Translations under genes and position numbers: made by a program | Notes under the pieces: model-generated | What the model was told of the DNA's origin: nothing | The model's database searches: none | Seen by the model: the letters and a program-made list of their open reading frames with translations, nothing else | Origin: Eledone cirrhosa | Lineage: Eukaryota | Length of the DNA stretch: 64,000 nt | Assembly (NCBI GenBank): GCA_964016885.1 | Contig: CAXHJY010001746.1 | Coordinates: forward strand, 1 to 64,000 | Direction: 5' to 3' | Part shown: positions 1-12,854 of the stretch, piece after piece | Layout of the letters: every line of letters starts with the position of its first letter | How positions within the stretch are numbered: position 1 is the stretch's first letter

Positions 1-134
1 ATAAAAGTGTGTATACATTTTTTATGTATGTATATATATATATATAGATATATATAATATACACGGGTGTGTATGATTGTGTATAGAAGATTATATTAAT
101 AAAAGGAATTCCAATATCCCCAACTTTGTTTATA

Positions 135-540
135 TCTTAATATCGGTAGAGGGTCGGACACAATGCTTTATGACATAGAGTTATGCCCCTTTACTGAGTT
201 CAAATCCCACCGAGGTTAACTTTGCCTTTCATCCTTACGGGGTCAATAAAATAAAGTACCAGTAATACACTGGAGTAGTTGGTGGCCTTGTGCCAAAAGT
301 AGAAACAATTATGATTTAATGAGATTTTACGCGAGGTAGAGTTAAGTTGATAAGGGCGGTGGATTGGCAGTATCGGTAGAGGGTCGGACGCCATGCTTTG
401 CAGCATAGAGTTACGCCCCTGAGCTCAAATCCCGCCGAGGTTAACTTTGCCTTTCATCCTGACGGGGGGTCGAAATATATAGTACCAGTAACGTACTGGG
501 GAAACTGCTGGCCTTGTGCCAAAAGTAGAAACAATTAAGT
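135..540 (+). mobile_element. Tandem tRNA-derived SINEs (same family at 1630-1845+, 9228-9410-, 22375-22525-, 34905-35010+, 36175-36300+, 40845-41335+, 48905-49060-, 62740-62905+)
   Basis: B-box-like gagttcaaatcccgccgagg plus conserved central gcctttcatccttacggggtcgataaaataaagtaccagt (resembles the MetaSINE-type central domain). Confidence 0.8.
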
Positions 541-758
541 TGATAACATTTAAAAGAAAAAACTTTAGGGAAATTCTTTTTCGTTAAGTTTTATTATCGT
601 AATGTTAATCTGTGGAGGATCTTGTTTAAAAGTGTAGATTATTAAGTTAAGAAGGAAGAAAGTGATTAGCGGGTGGGGCATTTCTTAAGTCGTCTGCTTC
701 TTAATGGGTCGCACACACCTACACACACTGAATGACTGGCTTAGATTGTTACACACAT

Positions 759-893
<135 letters not shown>

Positions 894-1966
894 CTCTCGG
901 ATACGCTCACATATCTGCACAGACAAATGTATACACTCAAACATACCTGCACACACACACGTACACATTCACGCAAGCACAAGCACACACACACACACCT
1001 AAATGACTGGTCTGCATTCTCAGACACACACGCACGTACACACATACACACACACTGAATGACTGGTCTGCATTCTCAGACGCATGCGCACGCGCACACC
1101 TACTCCCACGCATTCTAGGTACACGTGCACGTAATTTAGGGGTTCTTTGCATTGCTCCCTTTTTTCTGTATTTCTCTTCTACCCCTTTCTATATCCTTAC
1201 TACTATTACTACTACCACTATTACTATTACTACTACTATTACTACTACCACTACCACTATTACTATTACTACCTCTACTACTACTATTGCTGCTGTTGCT
1301 GCTACTATTACTACTAGTACTACTGCTACTACTACTATTACTGCTGCTACTAATACTACTATTACTACTACTGCTGTTACTACTACTACTACTATTACTA
1401 CTACTACTACTACTACTACTGTTGCTACTACTACCACTACTACCACCACCACTACTATCCTGTTCCAGGCAGTCGCCTCTAGGGAGAGACACTCCCCCCT
1501 ATCCTCACAACACCCTCCCTCTGTCCTCGCAACATCCCCTCCCTCTGTCGTTGCAACATATTAATTTAGGTGACCAGTGCAAAGAGAAGTCCTGGTATTG
1601 GCTTTAACAATCATATATTTCCTAATAGACTGATTGGCACACTCAGTAGAGCGTCGGACAAAATGTTGTGTGGATTCTAATTCAGCTCTTTGTACCCTCC
1701 CGGTTTCAAATCCCGCCGAGATAAACTTTGTCTTTCTTCCTTTCAGCTGTCAATAAAATAAAGTACCAGTGAAATACTGGGGTTCAATTTAATCAATTTC
1801 CAACCCACCTCTAAATTGCTGGCCTTGTTCCATCGTTAGAAAGAATTTATTTGCTGGGGTCAAAATACTTCAGTTCCTGGGAGAAAATAAAAGTTTGTGT
1901 CACAACGGTGTTGTCTCCCTTGGCACACGTCTCCGTCTGTCTGTCTTAATATCTATGCAGTCTATG

Positions 1967-2062
<96 letters not shown>

Positions 2063-2063
2063 T

Positions 2064-2493
2064 ATAATATAAGATCAAAAGATGGTTAAAGGAGTTCCAT
2101 GTATTTTATTATGCGCATTTCAAAAACAAACATCATCATGCAATAATATTTGTGTTTTCATCAGATAAAACAGGAGAACATGATATGAAGGCTAAAAAAC
2201 ACTTGTGGATAGTGCAGTTTTAAATCAACATATTGATATGTTGATTTAAAACTGCACTATCCACAAGTGTTTTTTAGCCTTCATATCATGTTCTCCTGTT
2301 TTATCTGATGAAAACACAAATATTATTGCATGATGATGTTTGTTTTTGAAATGCGCATAATAAAATACATGGAACTCCTTTAACCATCTTTTGATCTTAT
2401 ATTATGTATACTCCAGTCCTACAAACTGTAGAGTGCTTCTTATCCGATATCTGCATTGCTTTATTGTACTACAATAAAACTCACCTCCTACAT
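2064..2493. mobile_element. Fold-back palindromic element 1 (PLE pseudo-LTR-like) in (TA)n
   Basis: Perfect 170-bp inverted arms at 2064-2233 and 2236-2405, a one-sided tail of about 90 bp, (TA)n on both flanks, and an HHR. Confidence 0.75.
2299..2365 (+). ncRNA. Minimal type-I hammerhead ribozyme (mirror copy on - strand at 2104-2170)
   Basis: ttttat-CTGATGA-[17-position stem II, GU-rich]-GAAA-tgcgca-TA-ataaaa. Stem III is palindromic (ATGCGCAT). Predicted cleavage after 2359. Confidence 0.8.
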
Positions 2494-2682
2494 TATATAT
2501 ATATATATATATATATATATAGATATATATAAATATATATATATATATAGATATATATCTATATATATCTATATATATCTATATATATCTATATCTATAT
2601 ATATATATATCTATATATATATATATATATATATATATCTATATATATATATATATATATCTATCTATATATATATATAGAT

Positions 2683-3232
2683 ATAAAATATTAAAAAAAT
2701 AATGAATAAAACAATGAAACAGTTCCTTATATTAAACAAAAAAAGTTCATTATTTAACGATCGTTTCTAGGATATATATGTGTTAGAATTGGCATGTATA
2801 TTCAACAGATCTATGTACAAAATTATACAAAATTATACAAACTATCAAAATTAAATATACATACCAACACACATATATGCCGTCTTCAGAAATAATTATT
2901 TCTGAAGACGGCATATATGTGTGTTGGTATGTATATTTAATTTTGATAGTTTGTATAATTTTGTACATAGATCTGTGGAATATACATGCCAATTCTAACA
3001 CATATATATCCTAGAAACGATCGTTAAATAATGAACTTTTTTTGTTTAATATAAGGAACTGTTTCATTGTTTTATTCATTATTTTTTTAATATTTTATCT
3101 TGACTCTGTATTCCGTTTATCTTTCACCGAAAGTGATTTTTCATTGCATCTCTTCTTTCCATGATATCCGGATTACATTGAGTTCTTCATACGGATTGGA
3201 CACTACCGTAAACTCTTGGTAGATTTATCTAC
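2683..3232. mobile_element. Fold-back palindromic element 2 (PLE pseudo-LTR-like) in (TA)n
   Basis: Inverted arms at 2683-2895 and 2896-3098 (one 10-nt duplication, one mismatch, no spacer), a one-sided tail, and (TA)n flanks. Confidence 0.75.
2895..3032 (+). ncRNA. Type-I hammerhead ribozyme with long stem II (mirror copy on - strand at ~2749-2896)
   Basis: attattt-CTGAAGA-cggcatatatgtgtgttgg...ctaacacatatatatccta-GAAA-cgatcg-TT-aaataat. Stem III is palindromic (ACGATCGT). Cleavage after 3025. Confidence 0.72.
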
Positions 3233-3451
3233 ATATATAGATATATATATATATCTATATATATCTATATATATATATATATATATATATATAGATATAT
3301 AGATATATAGATAGATATATATATATATAGATATATATATATATAGATATATAGATAGATATATATATATAGATATATATATATATATAGATATATATAT
3401 AGATAGATAGATATAGATATATAGATAGATAGATATAGATATATAGATAGA

Positions 3452-3493
<42 letters not shown>

Positions 3494-3573
3494 CAGGGAA
3501 TGTAACTTGGAGTTACTGTAGGTTCACCCGGGTGAGCACACGATTGGTTACTCCTTCATTACGTTTATTGGTT

Positions 3574-3660
3574 GGTGACGCGCGTTTCGCGACTGATCAG
3601 TTCAAGGTTCGATCTGTATTGATCTAGCCCGACTCTGTAAACCGCGACTCGTCAGACCCC
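3574..3660 (-). ncRNA. Hammerhead ribozyme candidate
   Basis: Minus strand ggt-CTGACGA-gtcgcgg...gtcgc-GAAA-cgcgcg-TC-acc. Palindromic stem III and GUC triplet. Stem I is short and the stem II base is imperfect. Confidence 0.55.
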
Positions 3661-3934
3661 TTACAGTGGCAATGGAAAAATATCATCATCATCATCATTT
3701 TACGTCCGCTTTTCCCTGCTTGCAAGGGTGGGACGGGAACTGATTCTGGCTTGATTTCTACAGCTGGATGCCCTTCCTAACACCAACCTCATTTACAGTG
3801 AGTGCTGGGGTTTTTTTTTGCCGTGGCACCTCCACAACCACTTTGCAGTGGAATGATAGGGACCCCAATCCTATCATCTCATTTCTACAGTTGAGTAAAC
3901 TGCAGCAATGTGATATACAATTATTAATAATTAT

Positions 3935-4220
3935 CAATTAATTCTATTGTGCAATGCCTGTGGGTGAAGATATTTTTTAAAGTGAGGAAAGACTGTGCAC
4001 TGAGCCAATCCCACTCTCTGAGCAACAGTAGCTATAACCCGAAAAGAAGAAAAGATCAACATCATCGGTAACTACTGAGCCGCAGGTTTTATATCGGAGT
4101 TATCCCAGTTTCCTGAGTTGCCTTCTAGAAGAATGCCCTGACAAAGGCTAGGGGTCCTTCACTCCCAGTGGTTTAACTGTGCAATTGTGTATTGAGCCCG
4201 ATTATTTCTATGTCCCCGCG
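3935..4220 (-). mobile_element. Dispersed repeat with RTE 5'UTR-like motif (copies at 7150-7550- and 47000-47460+)
   Basis: Near-identical ~290-bp copies at 3935 and 7150, and a diverged inverted homolog at 47170-47460. The minus strand of the 7150 copy has tctaggagaagacaactc...aaacc, similar to RTE 5' leaders. Confidence 0.55.
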
Positions 4221-4253
4221 TATGTACATAAAGATATTTTCCATTTATTGATA

Positions 4254-4300
<47 letters not shown>

Positions 4301-4867
4301 ATATATGTATATGTATATATGTATATATGTATATATGTGTATATGTGTATATATGTATATATATATATGGGTATATATGTATATATATATATGGGTATAT
4401 ATGTATATATATATATGGGTATATATGTATATGGGTATATATGTATATATATATATGGGTATATATGTATATATATATGTATATATATATAATATGTGCA
4501 TATATGTATATATATATGTGTATAATGTATATATATATATATATATGTGTATATATGTATATATATATATGTGTATATATGTATATATATATATGTGTAT
4601 ATATGTATATATATATATATATATATGTGTATATATGTATATATATATATATATATGTGTATATATGTATATATATATATATATATGTGTATATATGTAT
4701 ATATATATATGTGTATATATGTATATATATATATATGTGTATATATGTATATATATATATATGTGTATATATGTATATATATATATGTGTATATATGTAT
4801 ATATATATATGTGTATATATGTATATATATATATATATGTGTATATATGTATATATGTGTATATATG

Positions 4868-4898
<31 letters not shown>

Positions 4899-4985
4899 AT
4901 ATATGTATATATATATATATGTGTATATATGTATATATGTATATATATGTGTATATATGTATATATATATATATGTGTATATATG

Positions 4986-5017
<32 letters not shown>

Positions 5018-5110
5018 CAAACCTTGATTACCTGTACAAGCAATATTTACATGAATTTTTGGGGGACACCCTGTGTGTGTGTATATATATGTATATATAT
5101 TGGTGTGTTC

Positions 5111-5193
<83 letters not shown>

Positions 5194-5307
5194 AGATTCA
5201 ATCGGAGGTAACCACAGTAAGTAAGGTACTCAATACATAGCAGAGTATAAATATTTAATATAGAAATGGCTTCTACAGGACTAGAACTGTTTCATTCGGA
5301 GGAAATC

Positions 5308-5380
<73 letters not shown>

Positions 5381-5464
5381 AAGAGAGAGAGAGAGGGTGG
5401 TAGATTGTTTACTGTGGGAGGGGAAGGAAGTAAAATTGTTTACTGAGAGAGTGCGGGGAAGGGG

Positions 5465-6866
5465 ATGTAGGTTGTTTAGTGTGGAGGGGGGAAGTAGGTA
5501 GTAGGAGGCTGTTTAGTGTGGAGGGGGGGGAAGTAGGTAGTAGGAGGCTGTTTAGTGTGGAGGGGGGAAGTAGGTAGTAGGAGGCTGTTTAGTGTGGAGG
5601 GGGGAAGTAGGTAGTAGGAGGCTGTTTAGTTTGGAGGGGGGAAGTAGGTAGTAGGAGGCTGTTTAGTGTGGAGGGGTAGGAGGTAGTAGGAGGCTGTTTA
5701 GTGTGGAGGGGGGAAGTAGGTAGTAGGAGGCTGTTTAGTGTGGAGGGGGGAAGTAGGTAGTAGGAGGCTGTTTAGTGTGGAGGGGTAGGAGGTAGTAGGA
5801 GGCTGTTTAGTGTGGAGGGGGGAAGTAGGTAGTAGGAGGCTGTTTAGTGTGGAGGGGGGAAGTAGGTAGTAGGAGGCTGTTTAGTGTGGAGGGGGGAAGT
5901 AGGTAGTAGGAGGCTGTTTAGTGTGGAGGGGGGAAGTAGGTAGTAGGAGGCTGTTTAGTGTGGAGGGGGGAAGTAGGTAGTAGGAGGCTGTTTAGTGTGG
6001 AGGGGGGAAGTAGGTAGTAGGAGGCTGTTTAGTGTGGAGGGGGGAAGTAGGTAGTAGGAGGCTGTTTAGTGTGGAGGGGGGAAGTAGGTAGTAGGAGGCT
6101 GTTTAGTGTGGAGGGGGGAAGTAGGTAGTAGGAGGCTGTTTAGTGTGGAGGGGGGAAGTAGGTAGTAGGAGGCTGTTTAGTGTGGAGGGGGGAAGTAGGT
6201 AGTAGGAGGCTGTTTAGTGTGGAGGGGGGAAGTAGGTAGTAGGAGGCTGTTTAGTGTGGAGGGGGGAAGTAGGTAGTAGGAGGCTGTTTAGTGTGGAGGG
6301 GGGAAGTAGGTAGTAGGAGGCTGTTTAGTGTGGAGGGGGGAAGTAGGTAGTAGGAGGCTGTTTAGTGTGGAGGGGGGAAGTAGGTAGTAGGAGGCTGTTT
6401 AGTGTGGAGGGGGGAAGTAGGTAGTAGGAGGCTGTTTAGTGTGGAGGGGGGAAGTAGGTAGTAGGAGGCTGTTTAGTGTGGAGGGGGGAAGTAGGTAGTA
6501 GGAGGCTGTTTAGTGTGGAGGGGGGAAGTAGGTAGTAGGAGGCTGTTTAGTGTGGAGGGGGGAAGTAGGTAGTAGGAGGCTGTTTAGTGTGGAGGGGGGG
6601 AGTAGGTAGTAGGAGGCTGTTTAGTGTGGAGGGGGGAAGTAGGTAGTAGGAGGCTGTTTAGTGTGGAGGGGGGAAGTAGGTAGTAGGAGGCTGTTTAGTG
6701 TGGAGGGGGGAAGTAGGTAGTAGGAGGCTGTTTAGTGTGGAGGGGGGAAGTAGGTAGTAGGAGGCTGTTTAGTGTGGAGGGGGGAAGTAGGTAGTAGGAG
6801 GCTGTTTAGTGTGGAGGGGGGAAGTAGGTAGTAGGAGGCTGTTTAGTGTGGAGGGGTAGGAGGTAG
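5465..6866 (+). repeat. 37-bp G-rich minisatellite, about 38 copies
   Basis: Unit ggaggctgtttagtgtggaggggggaagtaggtagta. Confidence 0.97.
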
Positions 6867-7061
6867 TTTTTACTGTTGAGTTAAAAACATTTGTGACCTT
6901 GCTACCAATCAATTGTGTCAGATGTTGTTTATTCTCACTACCATTGATCTTTCACCCCTCCCTCCTCCCTCTATCTCTATATCTTTCTCTATATCTCTCT
7001 ATCTTTCTCCTTACCTCTCTCTCGTTCTCTCTCTCTCTCTCTCTCTCTCGTTCTCTCTCTT

Positions 7062-7094
<33 letters not shown>

Positions 7095-7611
7095 ATATAT
7101 ATATGATGGCTGCCCCCTCGTTATCGAGTATGGCCATTGCACAACATACCATTATTAATTAATTCTATCGTGCAATGCCTGTGGGTGAAGATATATTTTA
7201 AAGTGAGGAAAGACTGTGCACTGAGCCAATCCCACTCTCTGAGCAACAGTAGCTATAACCCAAAAAGAAGAAAAGATCAACATCATCGGTAACTACTGAG
7301 CCGCAGGTTTTATATCGGAGTTATCCCAGTTTCCTGAGTTGTCTTCTCCTAGAAGAATGCCCTGACAAAGGCTAGGGGTCCTTCACTCCCAGTGGTTTAA
7401 CCGCGCGATCGGGTGTCCAGCCCGACTATTTCTATGTCCCCACACATATACATACACATGCACACACATATATACATACATATGTACATATTTACACACT
7501 TTTGGATGGCCGTTGACTCTTATGAATTCTTCTGCCCTTTGTCGGGTCACTCTTGAGTGCTACTGGTAACCTGTAACCCAGTACAACCTGTCCCATGGTC
7601 GGGTCGCCGGC

Positions 7612-7660
7612 GCTTCCTGATGATTTCTCACGAATGAAACAGTTCTAGTCCTGTAGAAGC
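7612..7660 (+). ncRNA. Type-I hammerhead ribozyme (truncated paralog on - strand at ~5268-5309)
   Basis: gcttc-CTGATGA-t.ttc-tcac-gaa.t-GAAA-cag-ttctagtc-ctg-TA-gaagc. All three stems form. GUA cleavage after 7655. Confidence 0.75.
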
Positions 7661-7736
7661 TCTTCTATATATATATATATAGATAGATAGATGTATAGAT
7701 GTGTGTGTGTGTGTATACCTTTCTCCCCCCCCCCCC

Positions 7737-7851
<115 letters not shown>

Positions 7852-7959
7852 TTATATGGAGAAGAAGTTTATGAAATGGAAATGCAGGTATACAGAATTT
7901 ATTAGGTAACAATTGTTTCTATAGTGTATGGGTTACTAATTCTATATATTTATATATAT

Positions 7960-8480
7960 TTACATGTGGCTGGTGCTCTGGTGCAATAAGTAGCAGCAAG
8001 TGCCCACAGAATACTAGCTCATTCCATTGCCCAGATGGTTCTATAGAAATAGTGGACACCTTCCGTTACCTGGGTGACAAAATCAGCAGTGGTGGAGGGT
8101 CCTCCGAAAGTACAGTAGCTAGTGTCCAAACAGGATGGAAAAAGTTCAGAGAGCTTATACCACTATTGGCCGCTAAAGGTTTCTCTTTAAAAGTAAAAGG
8201 CAGGCTGTATGATGCCTGCATACGAACAGCAATGTTACATGGCAGTGAGACCTGGGCATTGTGTGCAGAGGATATACGCAGATTGGAGAGGAACGAAGCT
8301 TGCATGCTCCGTTGGATGTGTAATAGTAATATACGCGAACGGCAAAGCATAAATGAACTAAGTGAGAAATTAGGAATAAGAGGGATCAGATGTTGTTTAC
8401 TCGAGAGAAGACTACGTTGGTATGGTCACGTGATGCTCATGAAAGATGACAGCTGTATAAAAAAGTGCAGGGCGATCAAA
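7960..8480 (+). mobile_element. RTE-clade LINE RT C-terminal fragment
   Basis: FRYLGDKIS...KGRLYDACIRTAMLHGSETW...RRLRWYGHV. Confidence 0.9.
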
Positions 8481-8699
8481 ACCTGGGATTACTTGATAAA
8501 ATCCGACCTCACACACTTAACTTACACCTCTCCAAGACAATGTCACTGGTCCGAGATCTTTGGTGCTACGTAGTAATACAGAAAACCCGCCTTGCCTAAG
8601 TACAAAGCGAAACCTACAGTCAGTAGGCACCTCTTAACCAAAATACACCCCCGTCCTACTACCCCTACCCCCACCCCCACCACCATGTACACCACCCTT

Positions 8700-8990
8700 T
8701 TCGATGTAAAGCTGTGTTGGTACCACAACATCCAGTCCTAAATAAATGAGGTCGTGTAGGTGTCACGACAAAAAAACACACAGTCCACGCTGTAATCTGG
8801 CCATGTAGGTAACACGGTAAAAACTTCCCAGTCCACACTGTAAACGTGGTTGGTGTTAGGAAGGACATCCAGCCGTAGAAAACCCGCCAGACAGTCCTGA
8901 GCAAGACAACCAATCTTACCTCAAGTGGGACAATTCCCGTCCAGACCCATGCTAGCGTGGAAGATGGATATTAAACAATGATGATGATGA
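8700..8990 (+). mobile_element. SINE/LINE-tail repeat ending in (GAT)n (copies at 10270-10434+, 10908-11378+, 3685-3830-, 53090-53460-)
   Basis: Shared gtggttggtgttaggaagggcatccagccgtagaaa...acgttaaacgatgatgatg. The 10908-11210 copy has about six tandem ~51-bp internal repeats. Confidence 0.7.
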
Positions 8991-9128
8991 TATATATATA
9001 TATCTTTGTCTATCTCTCCCTCTCTCTCTCTATCTCTCTCTCCCTCTCTCTCTCTATATATATATATGTGTATACTTTTCTCTATCTCTCACTCTATCTC
9101 TCTCTCCCTCTATCCCTCTCTCCCTCTA

Positions 9129-9164
<36 letters not shown>

Positions 9165-10434
9165 CCTCCTCTCTCTCACTCACTCTCTCTATCTATCTAT
9201 CTATCTATTTAACTTTGAAATATATATAATTGTTTCTACTTTTGGCACAAGGCCAGCAATTATCCCAGTGTATTACTGGTACTTTATTTTATTGACCCTG
9301 TAAGGATGAAAGGCAAAGTTAACCTCGGCGGGATTTGAACTCAGATCATAAAGGGAGGTAACTCTATGCTTCAAAGCATGGCGTCCAACCCTCTACCGAT
9401 ACTGCCAATCCCCCTTGCTTCTGCTGGACATCACCAGAGGGCGTTAGTCCCCCGGTGTTTGCATAGCTACGGCTTCCTAAAACTGTATTTCTTTGGAGAT
9501 ACAAAATATTTATACATATTGTATAAAGCTATGCTTGAAGCGAAATCCTATTTCTTTTTTATAATAAAGTATATATTTTGATTATGAGAATATTTTTCAT
9601 TTGTTAATATTTTGAAAAATATCTATCTATCTATCTATCTCTATATATCTATCTCTATATATATATCTATATTTAGAGATATATATGGTGTGTGTTTGTG
9701 TGTAGTGGTATATATATATATCTGTGTGTGGTGTGTGTGTAGGTACACCTATATAGGTGTGAGTGCAAGTGTAGATTGGTATGCGTGTGTAGGTGTAGCT
9801 GTACATGTATAGCATGTGTCTATATGTATGTATGTATGTAGTTATGACTGTGTGTTTGTACATGCATATTTATGTGTGTATATGTTTGTATGTGTGTTTG
9901 TGTGTTCATGCACGTGTATTTGACTGTGTGTAAGTGCTCATATATTTGTGTATGTATATGCTTGTGTGTATTGAATCTGAGATTTTGATATTATTTATTC
10001 TGAGAACAATACCTTAACATCAGTATGGGTGACCGGTTATAGCCAGTTTGTACAGAAAGAGGTGAGAGAATTCAAGCTGGATATGGCAGGTTAAATGCTA
10101 AAGGGTTAATAATGATAAAACTAGTTATATTAACTAAATGACTCCAAATTCTTGATTATTTTCAAAAGTTATTGAAACAAATAAGCTATGTCTTACGACA
10201 ACAGAAACATTAAGATATAACCAAAGTTTAGTGCTCCTTCCACTGGCTATGTTTCCTCATACCTCCCAGTCCACACTGTAAATGTGGTTGGTGTTAGGAA
10301 GGGCATCCAGCCGTAGAAAATCTGCCAGACCTATACGAGCGAGACACGGTCACCCGACCAATCTTGCCTCAAATGGGACAATTCCCGTCTAACCCATGTT
10401 AGCGTGGAAGATAGACGTTAAACGATGATGATGA

Positions 10435-10574
10435 CTGTATTTCCCGATGTCGAAGACCAAAAAATCTACTAATGTGTCCTGGAGGCCAAAGGTTGTTTAT
10501 TTTTTTTCAAATTTTGGTTGTCAAAATTAGGGTGCGTCCTCTTGACGAAGTGTCTTCAGCGGCGGGAAATATGG
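10435..10574. mobile_element. Possible pogo/Tigger-type MITE
   Basis: Ends ctgtatttcccg and cgggaaatatgg|ta are imperfect TIRs. Confidence 0.4.
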
Positions 10575-10674
10575 TATATATGTTTTAAGATGAAATAAAC
10601 TCTGTGGGGAGTTTAGGACATGTTAGCAGAGATATGGAAGTATTTATAGTTGGTTTCTAATTTATCTTTTGCAG

Positions 10675-10773
10675 TCTTTTAAGCCAAGAACTGTTCCATT
10701 GTGCCTGATCACTGAAATTCGTGAAACGACAGCTCTAGAGATGCCTGACCGAGAAAATACATTTGTTATCAAA
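10675..10773 (+). CDS. SH2B: SH2B adaptor exon A (PH domain; first exon visible in window)
   Basis: Acceptor ttttgcag|, donor AAA|gtgagt. Encodes [33 protein letters not shown], containing the SH2B PH signature [14 protein letters not shown]. 99 bp, phase 0/0. Confidence 0.95.
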
Positions 10774-11400
10774 GTGAGTAATTTCTCTCTCTCTCTCTTC
10801 ATCTCTGGAAGAAATCTGCCAGGTTTAAAAGAAATCCTCTTTGTCACTAAGAGATACCCTATTGTATGTCACTATTGTGGCCCCACTCTCACATATATAT
10901 ATAAACAAAAGCACCCAGTCCACTCTGTAAGGTGATTGTGTTGGTGACATGACAAAAAGCATCCTGCACATACTGTAAAGTGGTCATTTATGTGACACAA
11001 CAAAAAGCACCCAGTAAAGTGGTCATGTTGGTGTCACAACAAAAAGCACCCAGTACACACCGTAAAGTGGTCATGTTGGTGTCACAACAAAAAGCACCCA
11101 GTACACACTGTAAAGTGGTCGTGTTGGTGTCACGACAAAAAGCACCCAGTACTCACGGTAAAGTGGTCATTTGGGTGACACAACAAAAAGTACCCAGTGC
11201 ACACTGTAAATGAGGTTGGCATTAGGAAGGTCATCCAGCCGTAGAAACGAAGCCAAAATCAGTTCTATGTGAGTGAAATACGGTCCTTTAACCTGGAACT
11301 CTCACAACAGGACACCTCGCCCAACCCGTGCTAGCCTGAAAAATGTCAACATAAAACTAATGATGATGATGATGATGAATATTTTGTGTTTATTTTCCAG

Positions 11401-11522
11401 GGAGAAGGAACAATGGAATATGTTGTGGAAGCGGCTGATTGGGAAAGTATGGTTTCTTGGCTAAATGCGATCCGAAGCTGCATACAGGTGGATCCTAGTG
11501 GAATGGATGCTACGCTTGTCAT
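11401..11522 (+). CDS. SH2B: SH2B exon B (PH domain C-terminal helix)
   Basis: Acceptor ttttccag|. Encodes GEGTMEYVVEAADWESMVSWLNAIRSCIQVDPSGMDATLV with the conserved PH Trp. Donor AT|gtatgt (phase 2) is in frame with exon C. Confidence 0.88.
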
Positions 11523-12755
11523 GTATGTATAGAGACATCACTGTCTGTCTCTGTTGTATATATTTCATGGGTGTATATAGACATCACTGTCTCTTGTATA
11601 TCTGTCATGTATGTATAGAGACCTTATTGTCTGTCTCTCTCTGTTGTATATATATATATGTCATGTATGTATAGAGACATCACTGTCTGTCTCTGTTGTA
11701 TATATTTCATGGGTGTATATAGACATCACTGTCTCTTGTATATCTGTCATGTATGTATAGAGACCTTATTGTCTGTCTCTCTCTGTTGTATATATATATA
11801 TGTCATGTATGTATAGAGACATCACTGTCTGTCTCTGTTGTATATATTTCATGGGTGTATATAGACATCACTGTCTCTTGTATATATGTCATGTATGTAT
11901 AGAGACCTTATTGTCTGTCTCTCTCTGTTGTATATATATATATGTCATGTATGTATAGAGACATCACTGTCTGTCTCTGTTGTATATATTTCATGGGTGT
12001 ATATAGACATCACTGTCTCTTGTATATATGTCATGTATATGTAGAGACCTTATTGTCTGTCTCTCTCTGTTGTATATATATATATATGTCATGTATGTAT
12101 AGAGACATCACCGTCTGTCTCTGTTGTATATATTTCATGGGTGTATATAGACATCACTGTCTCTTGTATATATGTCATGTATATGTAGAGACCTTATTGT
12201 CTGTCTCTCTCTGTTGTATATATATATATATGTCATGTATGTATAGAGACATCACTGTCTGTCTCTGTTGTATATATTTCATGGGTGTATATAGACATCA
12301 CTGTCTCTTGTATATATGTCATGTATGTGTAGAGACCTTATTGTCTGTCTCTCTCTGTTGTATATATATATATGTCATGTATGTATATAGACATCACTGT
12401 CTGTCTCTGTTGTATATATTTCATGGGTGTATATAGACATCACTGTCTCTTGTATATATGTCATGTATGTGTAGAGACCTTATTGTCTGTGTTGTTGTAT
12501 ATATGTCATGTATGTATAGAGACCTTATTGTCTGTCTCTCTCTGTTGTATATATGCCATGTATGTATAGAGACCTTACTGTCTCTGTTGTATATATTTCA
12601 TGGGTGTATATAGGCATCACTGTCTCTGTTGTATATGTTATGTATGTATAGAGACATCATTGTCTGTGTATCTCTCTCTGTTATGTATATATTCCATGTG
12701 TATATATAGAAATCTCTCTCTGTTGTATATATATATATATCATGTGTATATATAG
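11517..12755 (+). repeat. 142-144-bp higher-order minisatellite starting at the exon B donor
   Basis: gtcatgtatgtata(g/t)agacatcac recurs at 11518, 11660, 11802, 11944, 12088, 12232 and 12374, with three related subunits per period. Confidence 0.93.
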
Positions 12756-12801
12756 AACCGAGAATGATTTAAAATTAATTGTTCCTTTTTTTTTCTTACA
12801 G

Positions 12802-12854
12802 GAGGCCAAGGCTACCTACAGCTCCCTCTAGTGGCAGTGGGCGCGACAGAAGAG
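12802..12854 (+). CDS. SH2B: SH2B exon C (53-bp linker exon)
   Basis: Polypyrimidine tract plus ttacag|. Encodes (M)RPRLPTAPSSGSGRDRR. Donor AG|gtattg. Phases 2/1 join exons B and D in frame. Confidence 0.75.
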
